The notes under the pieces were generated by a model. That model ran no database searches. It saw nothing but the letters and a program-made list of their open reading frames with translations, and was not told where the DNA came from. Of a stretch of 64,000 bases of DNA, positions 1 through 12,723 are shown piece after piece. Source of the stretch: an uncultured Litorivicinus sp. Its GTDB lineage: Bacteria; Pseudomonadota; Gammaproteobacteria; Pseudomonadales; Litorivicinaceae. Each line of letters opens with the position of its first letter. Position 1 is the stretch's first letter. The DNA is taken from assembly GCA_902558075.1 (NCBI GenBank), contig CACECO010000008.1, forward strand, positions 4,450-68,449, in the 5' to 3' direction. The position numbers and the translations under genes are program-made.

Positions 1-777
1 GTCTGCAATGACTGGAATTTCTCGGTCGGTCAGGGGTAATGCGATGGTTTCACCGATCAAGTGACTATAGCGCTCATCCTCAGGGTGTACAGCAACAGCC
101 GTATCACCCAGCATAGTTTCTGGTCGTGTGGTCGCAACCACTAAATGCCCAGAGCCATTAGCCAAGGGATATTTGAAGTGCCAAAGTGAGCCTTGCTCTT
201 CCTCGCTGACGACTTCTAAATCAGAAATCGCTGTGTGCAGTACTGGGTCCCAGTTGACCAGGCGCTGACCACGATAGATGAGACCTTCATCAAATAGACG
301 AATAAACACTTCCTGCACGGTACACGAATAATCATCGTCCATAGTGAAGCGTTCGCGGGACCAATCAACAGAGGCTCCCATTCGGCGCAACTGTTTGGTG
401 ATCATTCCACCTGAGGTGTGTTTCCAATCCCAAACCTTCTCCAAGAACTTTTCGCGGCCTAAATCAAGACGCGAAATATCCGAAGCAAGTAACTGACGCT
501 CGACCAACATTTGCGTTGCGATCCCAGCATGGTCTGTTCCGACTTGCCACAGTGTGTCGTGACCAAGCATCCGGTAATACCGGATCAATGCATCCATTAT
601 GGTGTCTTGGAATGCATGGCCCATATGCAATGAACCGGTGACATTGGGGGGTGGAATCATGATGGAGTAGGTTGCGCCTTCGCCAGATGGTTCGAAGTGG
701 CCGTTTTGTTCCCAGAATTCGTACCAACGCGTTTCGATGGTCGAAGGATCGTATGTTTTACCTAAAGTGTCAGTCAT
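1..777 (-). CDS. valS: Valine--tRNA ligase, N-terminal part (runs off left edge)
   Basis: Manual translation from ATG at 777: [26 protein letters not shown] (HIGH-like motif)..[34 protein letters not shown]; not in the ORF track because it is truncated. Confidence 0.97.
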   Translation of the reverse strand, partial: MTDTLGKTYDPSTIETRWYEFWEQNGHFEPSGEGATYSIMIPPPNVTGSLHMGHAFQDTIMDALIRYYRMLGHDTLWQVGTDHAGIATQMLVERQLLASDISRLDLGREKFLEKVWDWKHTSGGMITKQLRRMGASVDWSRERFTMDDDYSCTVQEVFIRLFDEGLIYRGQRLVNWDPVLHTAISDLEVVSEEEQGSLWHFKYPLANGSGHLVVATTRPETMLGDTAVAVHPEDERYSHLIGETIALPLTDREIPVIAD

Positions 778-1196
778 GAACGCAGATCGTGTTGTGTGAT
801 CGGATACCCGTCAAATTTCAATTGTTTCCAGTTGGCACGTGTACTCTCAAGCACCGCTGATTGTTGCACCACAATTTCCACTAAGTGGTCAAAGTGCGAG
901 AACCATGATGGTAGCGGGCCACCTAAATTCACCAAAACACCGTGGCGATCGGGAGGATCCTGCCAACCGATACCAATAGGAGCTGTCGGTGAGTCGCCTC
1001 GGTCAATTTCATGCGGAATGAAACTTTCGTCATCGTCCCACAGGAGTTGATCGAAAGCCTGAGCCTCAGATTCGGAGGCCACGTGGCAGTGCACGTCCAA
1101 ACCTTTGCGGAAGGATTGTCGCATAAACTTCACCGCAAAGCGTGCTCTCGCCTCCAGTGATTCCTCGCCTAAAATGTAATAGGAAATCTTGGTCAC
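774..1196 (-). CDS. holC: DNA polymerase III subunit chi
   Basis: FDQLLW..SFIPH motif; pepA-holC-valS synteny; GTG start at 1196 overlaps the pepA stop. Confidence 0.9.
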   Translation of the reverse strand: MTKISYYILGEESLEARARFAVKFMRQSFRKGLDVHCHVASESEAQAFDQLLWDDDESFIPHEIDRGDSPTAPIGIGWQDPPDRHGVLVNLGGPLPSWFSHFDHLVEIVVQQSAVLESTRANWKQLKFDGYPITQHDLRS

Positions 1197-2647
1197 GCCC
1201 TGAGCCAATTCACCAATAGTGGAACTGGCCGTCCCGATGCGCCTTTTGCTTTGCCGCCACTGAACCACGCGGTACCCGCGATATCCAAGTGTGCCCAACG
1301 GTACTTGTCCGTGAAGCGTGATAAGAAACAAGCCGCCGTAATGGTTCCTGCGTCACGACCACCGATATTGGCGATGTCTGCAAAATTGGAGTCCAACAAC
1401 TTCTGATAAGGTGCTTCAATTGGTAGTCTCCAGCAGGGATCACCGGTCTCACGACCAATGCTATAGAGCTCTTCCGCCAGTTGGTCATCGGTACTTAAAA
1501 GCCCGGTGTTGTGACGACCGAGTGCGATTAAACATGCACCTGTCAGTGTTGCGATGTCTATCACGGCTTCTGGGTTGAATCGTTCAACATAGGTCAAAGC
1601 ATCACACAAAACCAGTCGACCTTCGGCGTCGGTGTTTAGGATTTCGACTGTTTTACCGGCGAGCGTTTTGACTACGTCGCCAGGTTTTGTCGCGCGACTT
1701 GATGGCATATTTTCAACAGCTGCAATGACACCGATGACGTTGGTTTCAAGGCCCATTTCACAGATGCTCTGCATGCAACCCATGACAGTTGCTGCGCCAC
1801 ACATGTCGAATTTCATTTCATCCATGGCTGCACTTGGCTTTAGGCTGATGCCACCCGTGTCGAAGGTAACGCCTTTGCCCACCAAAACTTTTGGTTTGGC
1901 GTCTGCGTTTTTCGCTCCTCGGTAACTCAAAACAATGAAACGTGCGGGCTCATCGCTACCATGTGACACAGACAGCATGCAATGCATTCCGATCTCGGTG
2001 AGCGCGTCTTCGTCGAACACTTCGCACGAGAGTTTGCTGAACTGTTCAGCCAGTTGCACCGCCTGGTCTGCGAGATAGCTAGGGGTGCAGATATTGCCAG
2101 GAAGATTGCCGAGTTCACGAGTGACATTCGCGCCCCGACCGATTGTTATCCCAGTGGTGACATGTGCTTGGTCGCTGTCTGAGCCATGAAGTGTTAGCGC
2201 TGCCAATATCTTTGAATCATCATCGGCGGGTTTCGGTTTGGTTGTGGTGTATTCATAGGCCGCCCAAATAAGGCCATAGCCTAACCGTTCCTGTGCACCT
2301 TGATCACCTCGCGTCAGTGATGCGATATCAAGGGTTGCCTCTGTAATCGGAAGGCCTTTGAGCATTTTACCGAGTCCAACAAAGGCATCGTTTTGTGCCA
2401 ACGCATCGAAGGAGTCTGCTTTGCCAACCCCTAAAAGCACCAGTCGCTTGGCACTGATACCTTGCGGATTTCGCAAGGTCATTTGTGATCCGGATCTTGC
2501 TTTAAAGTCGCCAGAATCGATTAAATCTGAGATCAGCGTGTCGAGTTCCGTGCTGGTTCCCTCTACACTGTCACCTTCAGGGACACCGACGACCAAACAT
2601 TCGGTTTTTATATCAGTGAGAGAAGTTGAAGTCAGGCTAATCTCCAT
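1193..2647 (-). CDS. pepA: Leucyl aminopeptidase (M17)
   Basis: GKGVTFDTGGISLKP, MKFDMCGAA and NTDAEGRL motifs. Confidence 0.97.
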   Translation of the reverse strand: MEISLTSTSLTDIKTECLVVGVPEGDSVEGTSTELDTLISDLIDSGDFKARSGSQMTLRNPQGISAKRLVLLGVGKADSFDALAQNDAFVGLGKMLKGLPITEATLDIASLTRGDQGAQERLGYGLIWAAYEYTTTKPKPADDDSKILAALTLHGSDSDQAHVTTGITIGRGANVTRELGNLPGNICTPSYLADQAVQLAEQFSKLSCEVFDEDALTEIGMHCMLSVSHGSDEPARFIVLSYRGAKNADAKPKVLVGKGVTFDTGGISLKPSAAMDEMKFDMCGAATVMGCMQSICEMGLETNVIGVIAAVENMPSSRATKPGDVVKTLAGKTVEILNTDAEGRLVLCDALTYVERFNPEAVIDIATLTGACLIALGRHNTGLLSTDDQLAEELYSIGRETGDPCWRLPIEAPYQKLLDSNFADIANIGGRDAGTITAACFLSRFTDKYRWAHLDIAGTAWFSGGKAKGASGRPVPLLVNWLRA

Positions 2648-2691
2648 GGGTGGCTCCTTTAATTTTCGTTAAGCATGGAAGTGTAGGACAT

Positions 2692-3762
2692 TTGATCATT
2701 CTGAGGTACATCAGTCGCGAGATTTTGGAAACCACCGCAGGTGTTTCCCTAGTCCTTCTATTAGTAGTGTTAAGTGGTCGATTTATCCAGTTTTTGGAGA
2801 AAGCAGCCAACGGAGAATTATCCGTTGAACTGATGTTCACCATGATTCTATGGCGGATTCCGTCATCCCTCGAGCTAATTCTGCCGCTTGCGCTGACTCT
2901 GTCAGTGCTTTTGGTCATGGGACGGATGAACCAGGAATCAGAGCTCAGCATTCTTCGTGCTGCTGGCTATTCCAATTGTCATTTGTTTGGGATCGTTTTG
3001 GTTCCCGCACTATTGATCGCTCTTGTTGTCGGTTGGTTATCAATGGCGCTGTCACCAGAAGTAGCGCGCGAGCTCGACCGTCAGGTTGTCGCCAAAGAAA
3101 ATCTGACTGTCTTTGATACGGTTGTTCCTGGTCGCTTCCAAACCGACAAATCGGGTCGTCTTATCTATGCAGAAGCAATTTCAGATGACCGTGAATCGTT
3201 GATCGATGTGTTTATTGTTGAGCCATCGAAACAGAAAAATACTGAAGTGTTCTTAACCGGTAAAACAGCACGTCAGGAGCTGAATTCAGGTGAAAAATAT
3301 CTCGTTCTGTTTGATGGCTATCGCCACATCGGTACGGAGATGTCTCTTGATTGGGAAATTTCAAAGTTTGATCGATATTTGATTCGTCTCAATCCAGAGA
3401 TTGAAAACCGGCCCGATTCGCTGGATACCCAATCCACCGAGGCCCTCATGGCTTCGGGTAAGGCGCCTGAACTTGCCATTGCATCATGGCGTGTTTCGCT
3501 GCCAATTGTGTGCCTTTTCATGTTGCCCTGGGCGTTTCTGATGGGATGTGGATCGCCGCGGCAAAGCCGATTTATCTGGGTGATCCCGATTATTTTGATT
3601 CAGTTTGGCTACATCACGGCACTGTCGTTTGCACAAAAGGCGGTGACCTTGGGTCAGTGGTCACCCTGGCCGGGTCTTTTTTGGGTGCACTTGGTATTGA
3701 TTGGCGCTGTCAGTCTGGTAATTGGACTTGGGTCCTTTGCTCATGGGAGGGGTTGGCTATGA
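2692..3762 (+). CDS. lptF: LPS export ABC transporter permease LptF
   Basis: IILRYISRE N-terminus, ESELSILRAAG, PGRF; divergent from pepA; TTG start at 2692 after an AGGA RBS. Confidence 0.9.
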   Translation: MIILRYISREILETTAGVSLVLLLVVLSGRFIQFLEKAANGELSVELMFTMILWRIPSSLELILPLALTLSVLLVMGRMNQESELSILRAAGYSNCHLFGIVLVPALLIALVVGWLSMALSPEVARELDRQVVAKENLTVFDTVVPGRFQTDKSGRLIYAEAISDDRESLIDVFIVEPSKQKNTEVFLTGKTARQELNSGEKYLVLFDGYRHIGTEMSLDWEISKFDRYLIRLNPEIENRPDSLDTQSTEALMASGKAPELAIASWRVSLPIVCLFMLPWAFLMGCGSPRQSRFIWVIPIILIQFGYITALSFAQKAVTLGQWSPWPGLFWVHLVLIGAVSLVIGLGSFAHGRGWL

Positions 3763-4796
3763 ATCGTTCAACCTGGTTAATAGCACGCGCTATCTGGGTT
3801 GCATTTGCGATCATCTTTTTAGTGTTCTTTGGGCTAGAACTGGTGTTTCGAGTACTAGATGAAGCTAAATTGCCGCACACAAACTACACCGCAGAAGAAG
3901 TAGCGCTTGTTTCGATCTTTGGCATGCCGAGACGACTGTATTTGGATTTGCCACTGATGGTATTGATTACTGTCGCGACGGGGCTTGGTGGTCTGGCGCA
4001 ATCGAGTGAGCTCACGATCCTACGTGCGGCAGGCCTCAGCATTAGGCGCATTTTTCTGAAGGTCATGTTTGTGCTTTCCCCCATTTTGGTTGGCTCGATT
4101 ATCGTTGCTCAATTTGGAATGCCTGAAGCTGAACGGTTCAGTCAGGCTTTAAAGGAAGCCAATGTCTCTGGTGGTGTGAAAGACTCGGTCTGGACAAGGG
4201 AGTCTGGGCGCTATGTGTTTATTGTGGGTGCTCCAGATGGTTCGGTGCGATTATGGAAGCAGATTGAAATGGCAGATTCGCGTGATGAAATAGAGAGTTT
4301 GGTCACATCATCTAATGTACGATTTGATGCGGAACAAGTCATGCTGTCAAAGGCCCGTCTGTTGGCATTTGAGAGCGTTCAAATTCGCCAACAAAATACT
4401 AATCTGAGCCAGGCAACCAAGCTGACCGAGCGGCAGGTCCGATGGTTGGTACAAAATCCAGATGCATTGTCATTGAGCGAGCTTTGGGATGCCGCAAGCT
4501 ATTTAAGCACCGAGGGCCTGAACGCGCGAGCGCATAGCCAACTATTTTGGCAGCGACTACTACTTCCTGTGACGCTGATTGCGCTTGCGCTTCTAGCATC
4601 CGCTACGGCGTTTGGATCGACGCGCTCGCTCGGGATGTCGACACGCGTATTCTTGGCGGTGTTGTTGGGTCTCATTTTTAAATACGCCATGGATATGGCA
4701 TCTCCTGCAGTATTTCTCGCAGGCGGTCACCCGTCACTTGCGATTATTCTTCCACTTTTGATCCCGCTTCTGTTAACGCCCAGATTATTGCGTTGA
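3759..4796 (+). CDS. lptG: LPS export ABC transporter permease LptG
   Basis: GLGGLAQSSELTILRAAGLS motif; follows lptF with ATGA overlap. Confidence 0.9.
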   Translation: MNRSTWLIARAIWVAFAIIFLVFFGLELVFRVLDEAKLPHTNYTAEEVALVSIFGMPRRLYLDLPLMVLITVATGLGGLAQSSELTILRAAGLSIRRIFLKVMFVLSPILVGSIIVAQFGMPEAERFSQALKEANVSGGVKDSVWTRESGRYVFIVGAPDGSVRLWKQIEMADSRDEIESLVTSSNVRFDAEQVMLSKARLLAFESVQIRQQNTNLSQATKLTERQVRWLVQNPDALSLSELWDAASYLSTEGLNARAHSQLFWQRLLLPVTLIALALLASATAFGSTRSLGMSTRVFLAVLLGLIFKYAMDMASPAVFLAGGHPSLAIILPLLIPLLLTPRLLR

Positions 4797-5210
4797 TTTC
4801 TCGGGTCTCGGTTCTGCAACAACCCGAGTATTCGAGAGGCGATCGTAGACTGTCTGACCGATTGGTGACAGCCACCCTGTGAATAAAGTTATACCCGTCG
4901 GCGCCAGTGTCATGATACACCATACCAACCGTTTAAAAGCCACGTCTTTCGTGATGGTTTCGCCCTCTAGCCCAACGAGACGAAGGCACCACGCGCGCAT
5001 GCCAGCGGTTTTACCACCATGCGACCAAGACCACCAAAAATAACCACCGACAAACAATACAATGAGCATCTGTGTCAGCCAAGCAGGTGCCTCACGTTGC
5101 ACAATCACAGCCGCAACCAGTCCGGAGATCAGAATGAGAGCACTCACCACAAGCCCGTCATAAATTAATGCGAGCAGTCGTTTCCAAATGGGTGCACTAC
5201 TGACTTGCAT
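4785..5210 (-). CDS. RDD family membrane protein
   Basis: APIWKRLLALIYD, GKTAGMRAW, YDRLSNTRVV; usual lptG neighbour. Confidence 0.88.
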   Translation of the reverse strand: MQVSSAPIWKRLLALIYDGLVVSALILISGLVAAVIVQREAPAWLTQMLIVLFVGGYFWWSWSHGGKTAGMRAWCLRLVGLEGETITKDVAFKRLVWCIMTLAPTGITLFTGWLSPIGQTVYDRLSNTRVVAEPRPEKSTQ

Positions 5211-5985
5211 GCGATTCGACCTGCTGCGCGAGCTGAATGTAATCCGAGCGAAACACTGAGCGTAAAATCTTCAAATATTTATTTCCCAGTTCTGAATAAC
5301 TTCCGAGTGTTGGGATCAGTGCTTTGCTCGTCAAGTGCTCGTTGTTGGTTCGTAAATCCAGTCGCACCTGTCGAAGCTTTCGGTAAGCCTTGTGAGTGTT
5401 GATATTCTGGTAATAGGCGGCGACTGAATCACCCACAGTTTCAAACCGCCGGACTTCCAATTTTTTTTTTGTATTACCCTTCGGTTTGATACCGCAGCCT
5501 TGTGCATAGCAATGGTGACCGAAGAAATTATTGCCTTCGAGTGCAAACCGGGACTGACCCCAGGCTGACTCAATGGCCGCTTGCGTAGCGACTAGCGCAG
5601 GTGGCAATCCATCTATGCGAAGATAAAGCTCTGCTTCAAGGTGATCGAGAGAGGTATTTGGGTCGAGCTCGAAGTGCTCGATCAATATAGCAAGTGCTGG
5701 ATCCCGATCCACGTGTTTTGTTTGCCGCTCGATTATACCAGGAATGAATGCACGTACGGCAAGCAACCGCTCATTTTCCCGCTCGGCGTAATCCATCATT
5801 AACCGCGCGAATTGCTGCCGGCGGTCTTCGATCGATGCATTCACGATCAAAGCGGGTCGTTGCGACTCGATGAGCGATTCAAGTTCTTTTCGATCAAACT
5901 CAGCTAAATCTGGTTCATAGGTCAGCGCTGTGTACAATAACCCGGCGGTTGCGACGACTGTTGCGAGTGCCGCATGTTTGATCAT
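5197..5985 (-). CDS. Bax-like glucosaminidase (GH73) domain protein
   Basis: QAAIESAWGQSRFALEGNNFFG, NINTHKAY; N-terminal hydrophobic anchor. Confidence 0.85.
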   Translation of the reverse strand: MIKHAALATVVATAGLLYTALTYEPDLAEFDRKELESLIESQRPALIVNASIEDRRQQFARLMMDYAERENERLLAVRAFIPGIIERQTKHVDRDPALAILIEHFELDPNTSLDHLEAELYLRIDGLPPALVATQAAIESAWGQSRFALEGNNFFGHHCYAQGCGIKPKGNTKKKLEVRRFETVGDSVAAYYQNINTHKAYRKLRQVRLDLRTNNEHLTSKALIPTLGSYSELGNKYLKILRSVFRSDYIQLAQQVESHASQ

Positions 5986-6782
5986 GAATTTGGTTTACCG
6001 ACTTTGGGCATGGTTGGCTCCGTCCAGTCATTCTGTAGTTCGGCTAGTTTCGCATATTTGTAAAACGCACCGATAAATCCGCCAATCGCAATTGCAAAAC
6101 CAGCACGACCATCTCGCCATCCACTTTTGAATAGATAAATTTTTAAAAACATTGATAACCCGTGAATCAGGGCTGGTCCCATACCGCCCTTCTTATTGTT
6201 GCGCAGGAGTTTTTGAGCACCAAGTGTAGAGTAACGTTGTGCTTTATGAAGCATCTGTTCTAAATTCTCAAAAGGGAACTGCCAAATCGATTGCGTGAGA
6301 TGTTCAATTGGACCGTTACAGATAAACCCTTCGTGGACTTCTTCAAGCGTGTAGCTCAAGCGTCCCTGGCGAAACAGTTGCGGTTGGCGGTAATCAGGAT
6401 TCCAGCCAGAATGCTTAACCCACCGTCCAAGCAGATAGTTTTTGCGCGGTATGAAATACGCCACGGGACCATCGGGGTCATTTGTTCTGACGATGGAAAG
6501 AATTTCGTCGCGCGCCTCGGGGGTGCAACGCTCATCAGAATCTAAGGAGAAAATCCACTCATGCTGACAGGATGCAATGGCCTCATTTCGCAGTTTGCCG
6601 AAACCGTCGAAATCGATTTGGATGACGCGTGCACCAATCTCTTCGGCAATTCTTGCAGTATCGTCGGTTGAGTGCGAGTCGCAGAGGATCACCTCGTCTG
6701 TCCATTCGATGACGCTTTCAATCGCAGGACGGATTTTATTGGCTTCGTTATACGCGATGATGTAGCAGCTGACTTTTGACAC
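5982..6782 (-). CDS. GT2 glycosyltransferase (WaaE/KdtX-like, LPS core)
   Basis: IIAYNEA, DSHSTDDT, SLDSDE, VHE, GWRDGRAG motifs. Confidence 0.88.
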   Translation of the reverse strand: MSKVSCYIIAYNEANKIRPAIESVIEWTDEVILCDSHSTDDTARIAEEIGARVIQIDFDGFGKLRNEAIASCQHEWIFSLDSDERCTPEARDEILSIVRTNDPDGPVAYFIPRKNYLLGRWVKHSGWNPDYRQPQLFRQGRLSYTLEEVHEGFICNGPIEHLTQSIWQFPFENLEQMLHKAQRYSTLGAQKLLRNNKKGGMGPALIHGLSMFLKIYLFKSGWRDGRAGFAIAIGGFIGAFYKYAKLAELQNDWTEPTMPKVGKPNS

Positions 6783-6811
6783 AGGCGTCGTCTTTTGGCT
6801 GTTTTTGAATT

Positions 6812-6898
6812 TGGTACCGAAGGGGGGACTCGAACCCCCAAGCCCGCAAAGGCAACGGATTTTGAATCCGTCGTGTCTACCAGTTCCACCACTTCGGC
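6812..6898 (-). tRNA. tRNA-Leu (anticodon CAA)
   Basis: Reverse complement reads GCCGAAGTGGTGGAACTGGTAGACACGACGGATTCAAAATCCGT..GGTTCGAGTCC..TTCGGTACCA; long variable arm, encoded CCA. Confidence 0.96.
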
Positions 6899-7003
6899 AA
6901 CAGGGCCGCTACATTAAACAAAGCGGACCTTGTTGTCATCTGCTTTTGGTTTCCTCTTTCTAAAACGGTAGACTCCGCTACCCATCAATAACCGAGAGTT
7001 CGT

Positions 7004-9173
<2,170 letters not shown>

Positions 9174-9620
9174 ACGATCTTTTAAGTTGTCTTTGCTTAA
9201 TAGCCTATTGTTCAGTTAGTAATACAAAACGTATATAGGAGTCGCTTGAGTTATTTCTGTCTGGTCTTTTTGACCGTGAATTACATTTTACTTTATCTAC
9301 TGAGAAAATTTATTTAGGACCGTGATTATTCTGATAAATCGCCGTCTCATAGAAAGCTAGACGAACAGGATCGAGAGGATTTCTGCCGCGTTCAAATGGT
9401 TTGACATGAACCCGCGGGACTCTCTCAGGGCCTCAAAAAGTCGAAAAATGGTTTTTAACCGTGACGCTGGCGCATTAGACGAAGCCAAGAAGGCACCCGA
9501 ATTCTGTAGTTTCGTAAAAGTAGGTCGTTTTATAACCATTGATAGCTGCTCAAGGTTGCCTAAGAGTCTCGCACCCTGTAGTTTTACGCGACTTTCGAAA
9601 CTTCACTGGGTGATTTTGAT

Positions 9621-9944
9621 ATGATTTCAAGCGCATATGCGAACACGGCGCCCGCTGGCCCGGATCCAATGTTCCAAATTCTGATGTTGGTTGGCTTTAT
9701 TGCCATCTTTTACTTTCTACTGTGGCGTCCGCAGCAGAAGCGTGCAAAAGAGCACAAGAACCTGATCGAAAACCTGGCTAAGGGTGATGAGATAGCGACA
9801 GGCGGTGGTTTGATGGGCAGGATCACGAAAGTCTCGGATGACGTGATCACGGTTGAAATCGCAAGTGGCGTCGAAGTGTCGGTGCAAAAGCCAGCCGTTG
9901 CCGTATTGCTCCCGAGGGGTACATTGAAAGACTCAAACGCATAA
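9621..9944 (+). CDS. yajC: Preprotein translocase subunit YajC
   Basis: FYFLLWRPQQKRAKEH, LAKGDE. Confidence 0.95.
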   Translation: MISSAYANTAPAGPDPMFQILMLVGFIAIFYFLLWRPQQKRAKEHKNLIENLAKGDEIATGGGLMGRITKVSDDVITVEIASGVEVSVQKPAVAVLLPRGTLKDSNA

Positions 9945-9955
9945 TTGGACAGGCA

Positions 9956-11803
9956 GTGATTCAAAGCTTCTCACTTTGGAAGACGATCATCGTGATCGTC
10001 TCTCTCATCCTCGGTACACTCTACGGCTTACCAAACGGTTTTCCTGATGATCCGGCTGTACAGATTACCTCAAACCGGTCAACAGATCTTCTCAGCGAGC
10101 TCGATGTCATTCGTGCCGAGGATGCACTGAAAGAAGCTGGGATTGCAGCAATTGCCCGTGATTTTGAAGGCTCTCAAGCGGTGATTCGCTTTGATTCGGT
10201 CGAAACCCAAATCAAAGCGAAGAGTGTCATTCAAGCGGCGCTCGGCTCTGATATTATCGTCGCCTTAAACTTGGCGCCGACGACACCTGAGTGGCTGCAG
10301 TTCATTGGCGCGAGTCCGATGAAGCTGGGTCTTGATCTTCGCGGTGGTGTGCATTTCTTAATGGAAGTGGATCTCGAAGCAGCCGTGACTCAACGACTCG
10401 ATGCATATGCTTCTGAAATTAAGCAGATGTTGCGACAAGAGCGGATTCGTTTCCGTTCGGTGGAGGTCAGGCCGGGCGGTGCGATCGAGATTCGTTTTCT
10501 AAACGCTGAAACGCGGGCACAGGGCGTTGAGCGCATTCGCACCGCGTATTCAGGTGCGTTTGCGTACCGTGAAGCAGACCGTGATAGTGCTGCCTTTGTG
10601 AGTCTTCTGTTAGCTGAGGGTCAGCAGGCAAATATTGAAGACTATGCAGTTAGCCAAAACCTAACCACGCTGCGGAACCGTGTGAACGAACTTGGTGTAT
10701 CTGAACCGTTGGTTCAGCGTCAGGGCCGGAACCGAATTGTTGTCGAGCTGCCAGGTGTTCAGGACACTGCGACCGCAAAGCGGGTCTTAGGTGCGACGGC
10801 GAACCTTGAGTTCAGACTCGAGGCGCTCCCTGATACGCCAGTTCGCGAGACACAACAATTCAAGTTCCGCGCCAATGATCGAGTCGCGCAGCTCGAGCGA
10901 GATATCATTACTACGGGTAATTCTGTCAGCGATGCGCGTTCAAGCTTTGACGAAAACGGTATGCCTCAGGTCAATATCAACTTGGATGCATCTGGTGGTC
11001 GTCGGATGGCTGATGTCACCAAAACATCCGTCGGTCGTCGCATGGCTGTGATTTTTATTGAGTCGCGAACGCGAAATGAGATCGATGGTCAAACGGGTGA
11101 GATAGCACAAATTCGCTACAAGGAGCAGGGTATCATTTCGTTAGCAACGATCCAGGCAGTCCTCGGTAATCAATTCCGAATTACGGGTCTTGATAATGCA
11201 CGAGAATCGTCTGAGTTAGCTTTGCTCTTGCGAGCAGGCGCTCTCGCGGCACCAATTTATTTCGTAGAAGAGCGAACCATCGGGCCAAGTCTCGGTGCTG
11301 AAAATATTGAGCGAGGCTTGAACTCGGTCATCATTGGCTTCGTTTTGGTCATGTGTTTCATGATCGCGTTTTACAAGGGGCTCGGTGTCATCGCGAACTT
11401 TGCGCTAGCATTGAATCTCTTACTGTTGGTCGCTTTCATGAGTCTCGTTCAGGCTGTGCTCACACTTCCCGGTATCGCGGGTATTGTTTTGACTGTCGGG
11501 ATGGCGGTCGATGCCAATGTCTTGATTTTCTCACGAATTCGTGAGGAGCGGATGCGAGGTCTTGCCGACCCACAAGCGATTCGCGTTGGTTTTGAGCGCG
11601 CATTTGTGACGATCCTTGATTCGAACATCACGACCTTGCTTGTCGCCATTATTCTTGCGGGAATTGGCTCTGGTCCAGTGAAAGGTTTCGCGATCACCCT
11701 GGCCATCGGTATTTGCACTTCACTTTTTACGACAACGTTGGTGACTCGCTTAACAGTTGAGAGCCTCTTTAGTCACCGTCACTTGCCAACGTGGGCCTTG
11801 TAA
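9956..11803 (+). CDS. secD: Protein translocase subunit SecD
   Basis: KLGLDLRGGVHF, NRVNELGVSEP, GMAVDANVLI. Confidence 0.97.
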   Translation: MIQSFSLWKTIIVIVSLILGTLYGLPNGFPDDPAVQITSNRSTDLLSELDVIRAEDALKEAGIAAIARDFEGSQAVIRFDSVETQIKAKSVIQAALGSDIIVALNLAPTTPEWLQFIGASPMKLGLDLRGGVHFLMEVDLEAAVTQRLDAYASEIKQMLRQERIRFRSVEVRPGGAIEIRFLNAETRAQGVERIRTAYSGAFAYREADRDSAAFVSLLLAEGQQANIEDYAVSQNLTTLRNRVNELGVSEPLVQRQGRNRIVVELPGVQDTATAKRVLGATANLEFRLEALPDTPVRETQQFKFRANDRVAQLERDIITTGNSVSDARSSFDENGMPQVNINLDASGGRRMADVTKTSVGRRMAVIFIESRTRNEIDGQTGEIAQIRYKEQGIISLATIQAVLGNQFRITGLDNARESSELALLLRAGALAAPIYFVEERTIGPSLGAENIERGLNSVIIGFVLVMCFMIAFYKGLGVIANFALALNLLLLVAFMSLVQAVLTLPGIAGIVLTVGMAVDANVLIFSRIREERMRGLADPQAIRVGFERAFVTILDSNITTLLVAIILAGIGSGPVKGFAITLAIGICTSLFTTTLVTRLTVESLFSHRHLPTWAL

Positions 11804-11805
11804 TC

Positions 11806-12723
11806 ATGCGCATGAAAACGCCCTCGATTAATTTCATGGCGGCTCGCAAAATAGCGGGCTGGATATCAAGCGGGGCTGTCATCGGATCCGCGGCACTACT
11901 TGCGTTAATTGGCTTGAGCTTTGGGCTTGATTTCACCGGTGGTTCACTCGTAGAACTTGAATTTGCAACAGAGCCTGTCCTCGAGACAGTTCGAGAAACT
12001 CTCGTGATTGCGGGATTCCCTGATGCAGTCGTCCAAGCGTTTGGCGCACCCACCGACGTATTGATTCGTCTCGCCCAAGACGACGCACCTAAAGCGGGTG
12101 ATGATGTCTTTGCGGCCCTTCAGGCGGCAGGTTTTGAAGTGGAACTGTTGCGATCTGAATTTGTGGGTTCAGCAGTCGGTGAGGAGCTAAGAGAGCAAGG
12201 TGGACTAGGTCTTTTACTCGCACTTGGCATTGTGATGCTTTACGTCGCGTTCCGTTTCCAGTTCAAGTTCTCTGTGGGTGCGGTGGTTGCTTTGATTCAC
12301 GATGTGTTGATTGTTCTGGGGATCTTTGCATTATTCGGGCTCGACTTTGATCTGACCGTATTGGCAGCAGTCCTTGCCGTGATTGGTTACTCGCTCAACG
12401 ATTCAATTGTTGTGTCAGACCGTATTCGCGAGAATTTCCGTATCATGCGTACCAATGATCCGCTGAAGGTCATGAACGACTCGATCAACCAAACGCTAAG
12501 CCGGACATTGGCGACATCGATGACAACTTTGCTTGTGTTGTTGGCATTACTGTCCCTCGGTGGTGAGCTGATTCATAACTTTGCGCTTGCCTTAACCATC
12601 GGTGTGGCAGTGGGAACGTATTCCTCGATTTACGTTGTGACAGGTGTACTCCTCATGATGAACATTTCGAGAGACGATCTACTGGTTTTAGAAAAAGAAG
12701 AAGAAATCCACGATCGTCCCTGA
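11806..12723 (+). CDS. secF: Protein translocase subunit SecF
   Basis: FGLDFTGG, GYSLNDSIVVSDRIRENF. Confidence 0.96.
   Translation: MRMKTPSINFMAARKIAGWISSGAVIGSAALLALIGLSFGLDFTGGSLVELEFATEPVLETVRETLVIAGFPDAVVQAFGAPTDVLIRLAQDDAPKAGDDVFAALQAAGFEVELLRSEFVGSAVGEELREQGGLGLLLALGIVMLYVAFRFQFKFSVGAVVALIHDVLIVLGIFALFGLDFDLTVLAAVLAVIGYSLNDSIVVSDRIRENFRIMRTNDPLKVMNDSINQTLSRTLATSMTTLLVLLALLSLGGELIHNFALALTIGVAVGTYSSIYVVTGVLLMMNISRDDLLVLEKEEEIHDRP

Noticed and set aside
6689-6892. 67-aa minus-strand ORF
   Set aside because: It reads through the tRNA-Leu gene; spurious
6812-6898. tRNA-Leu as integration site for the island
   Set aside because: Flanked by housekeeping genes, no integrase nearby, and no duplicate of its 3' end seen in the window
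9366-9430. Glycine riboswitch-like GAGAG..CTCTCAGG
   Set aside because: The conserved GCCGAAG core and a second aptamer are absent, and the downstream genes are unrelated; kept only as a generic hairpin
9357-9624. Short ORFs in the tgt-yajC spacer
   Set aside because: No recognisable motif or clear RBS; they overlap each other on opposite strands
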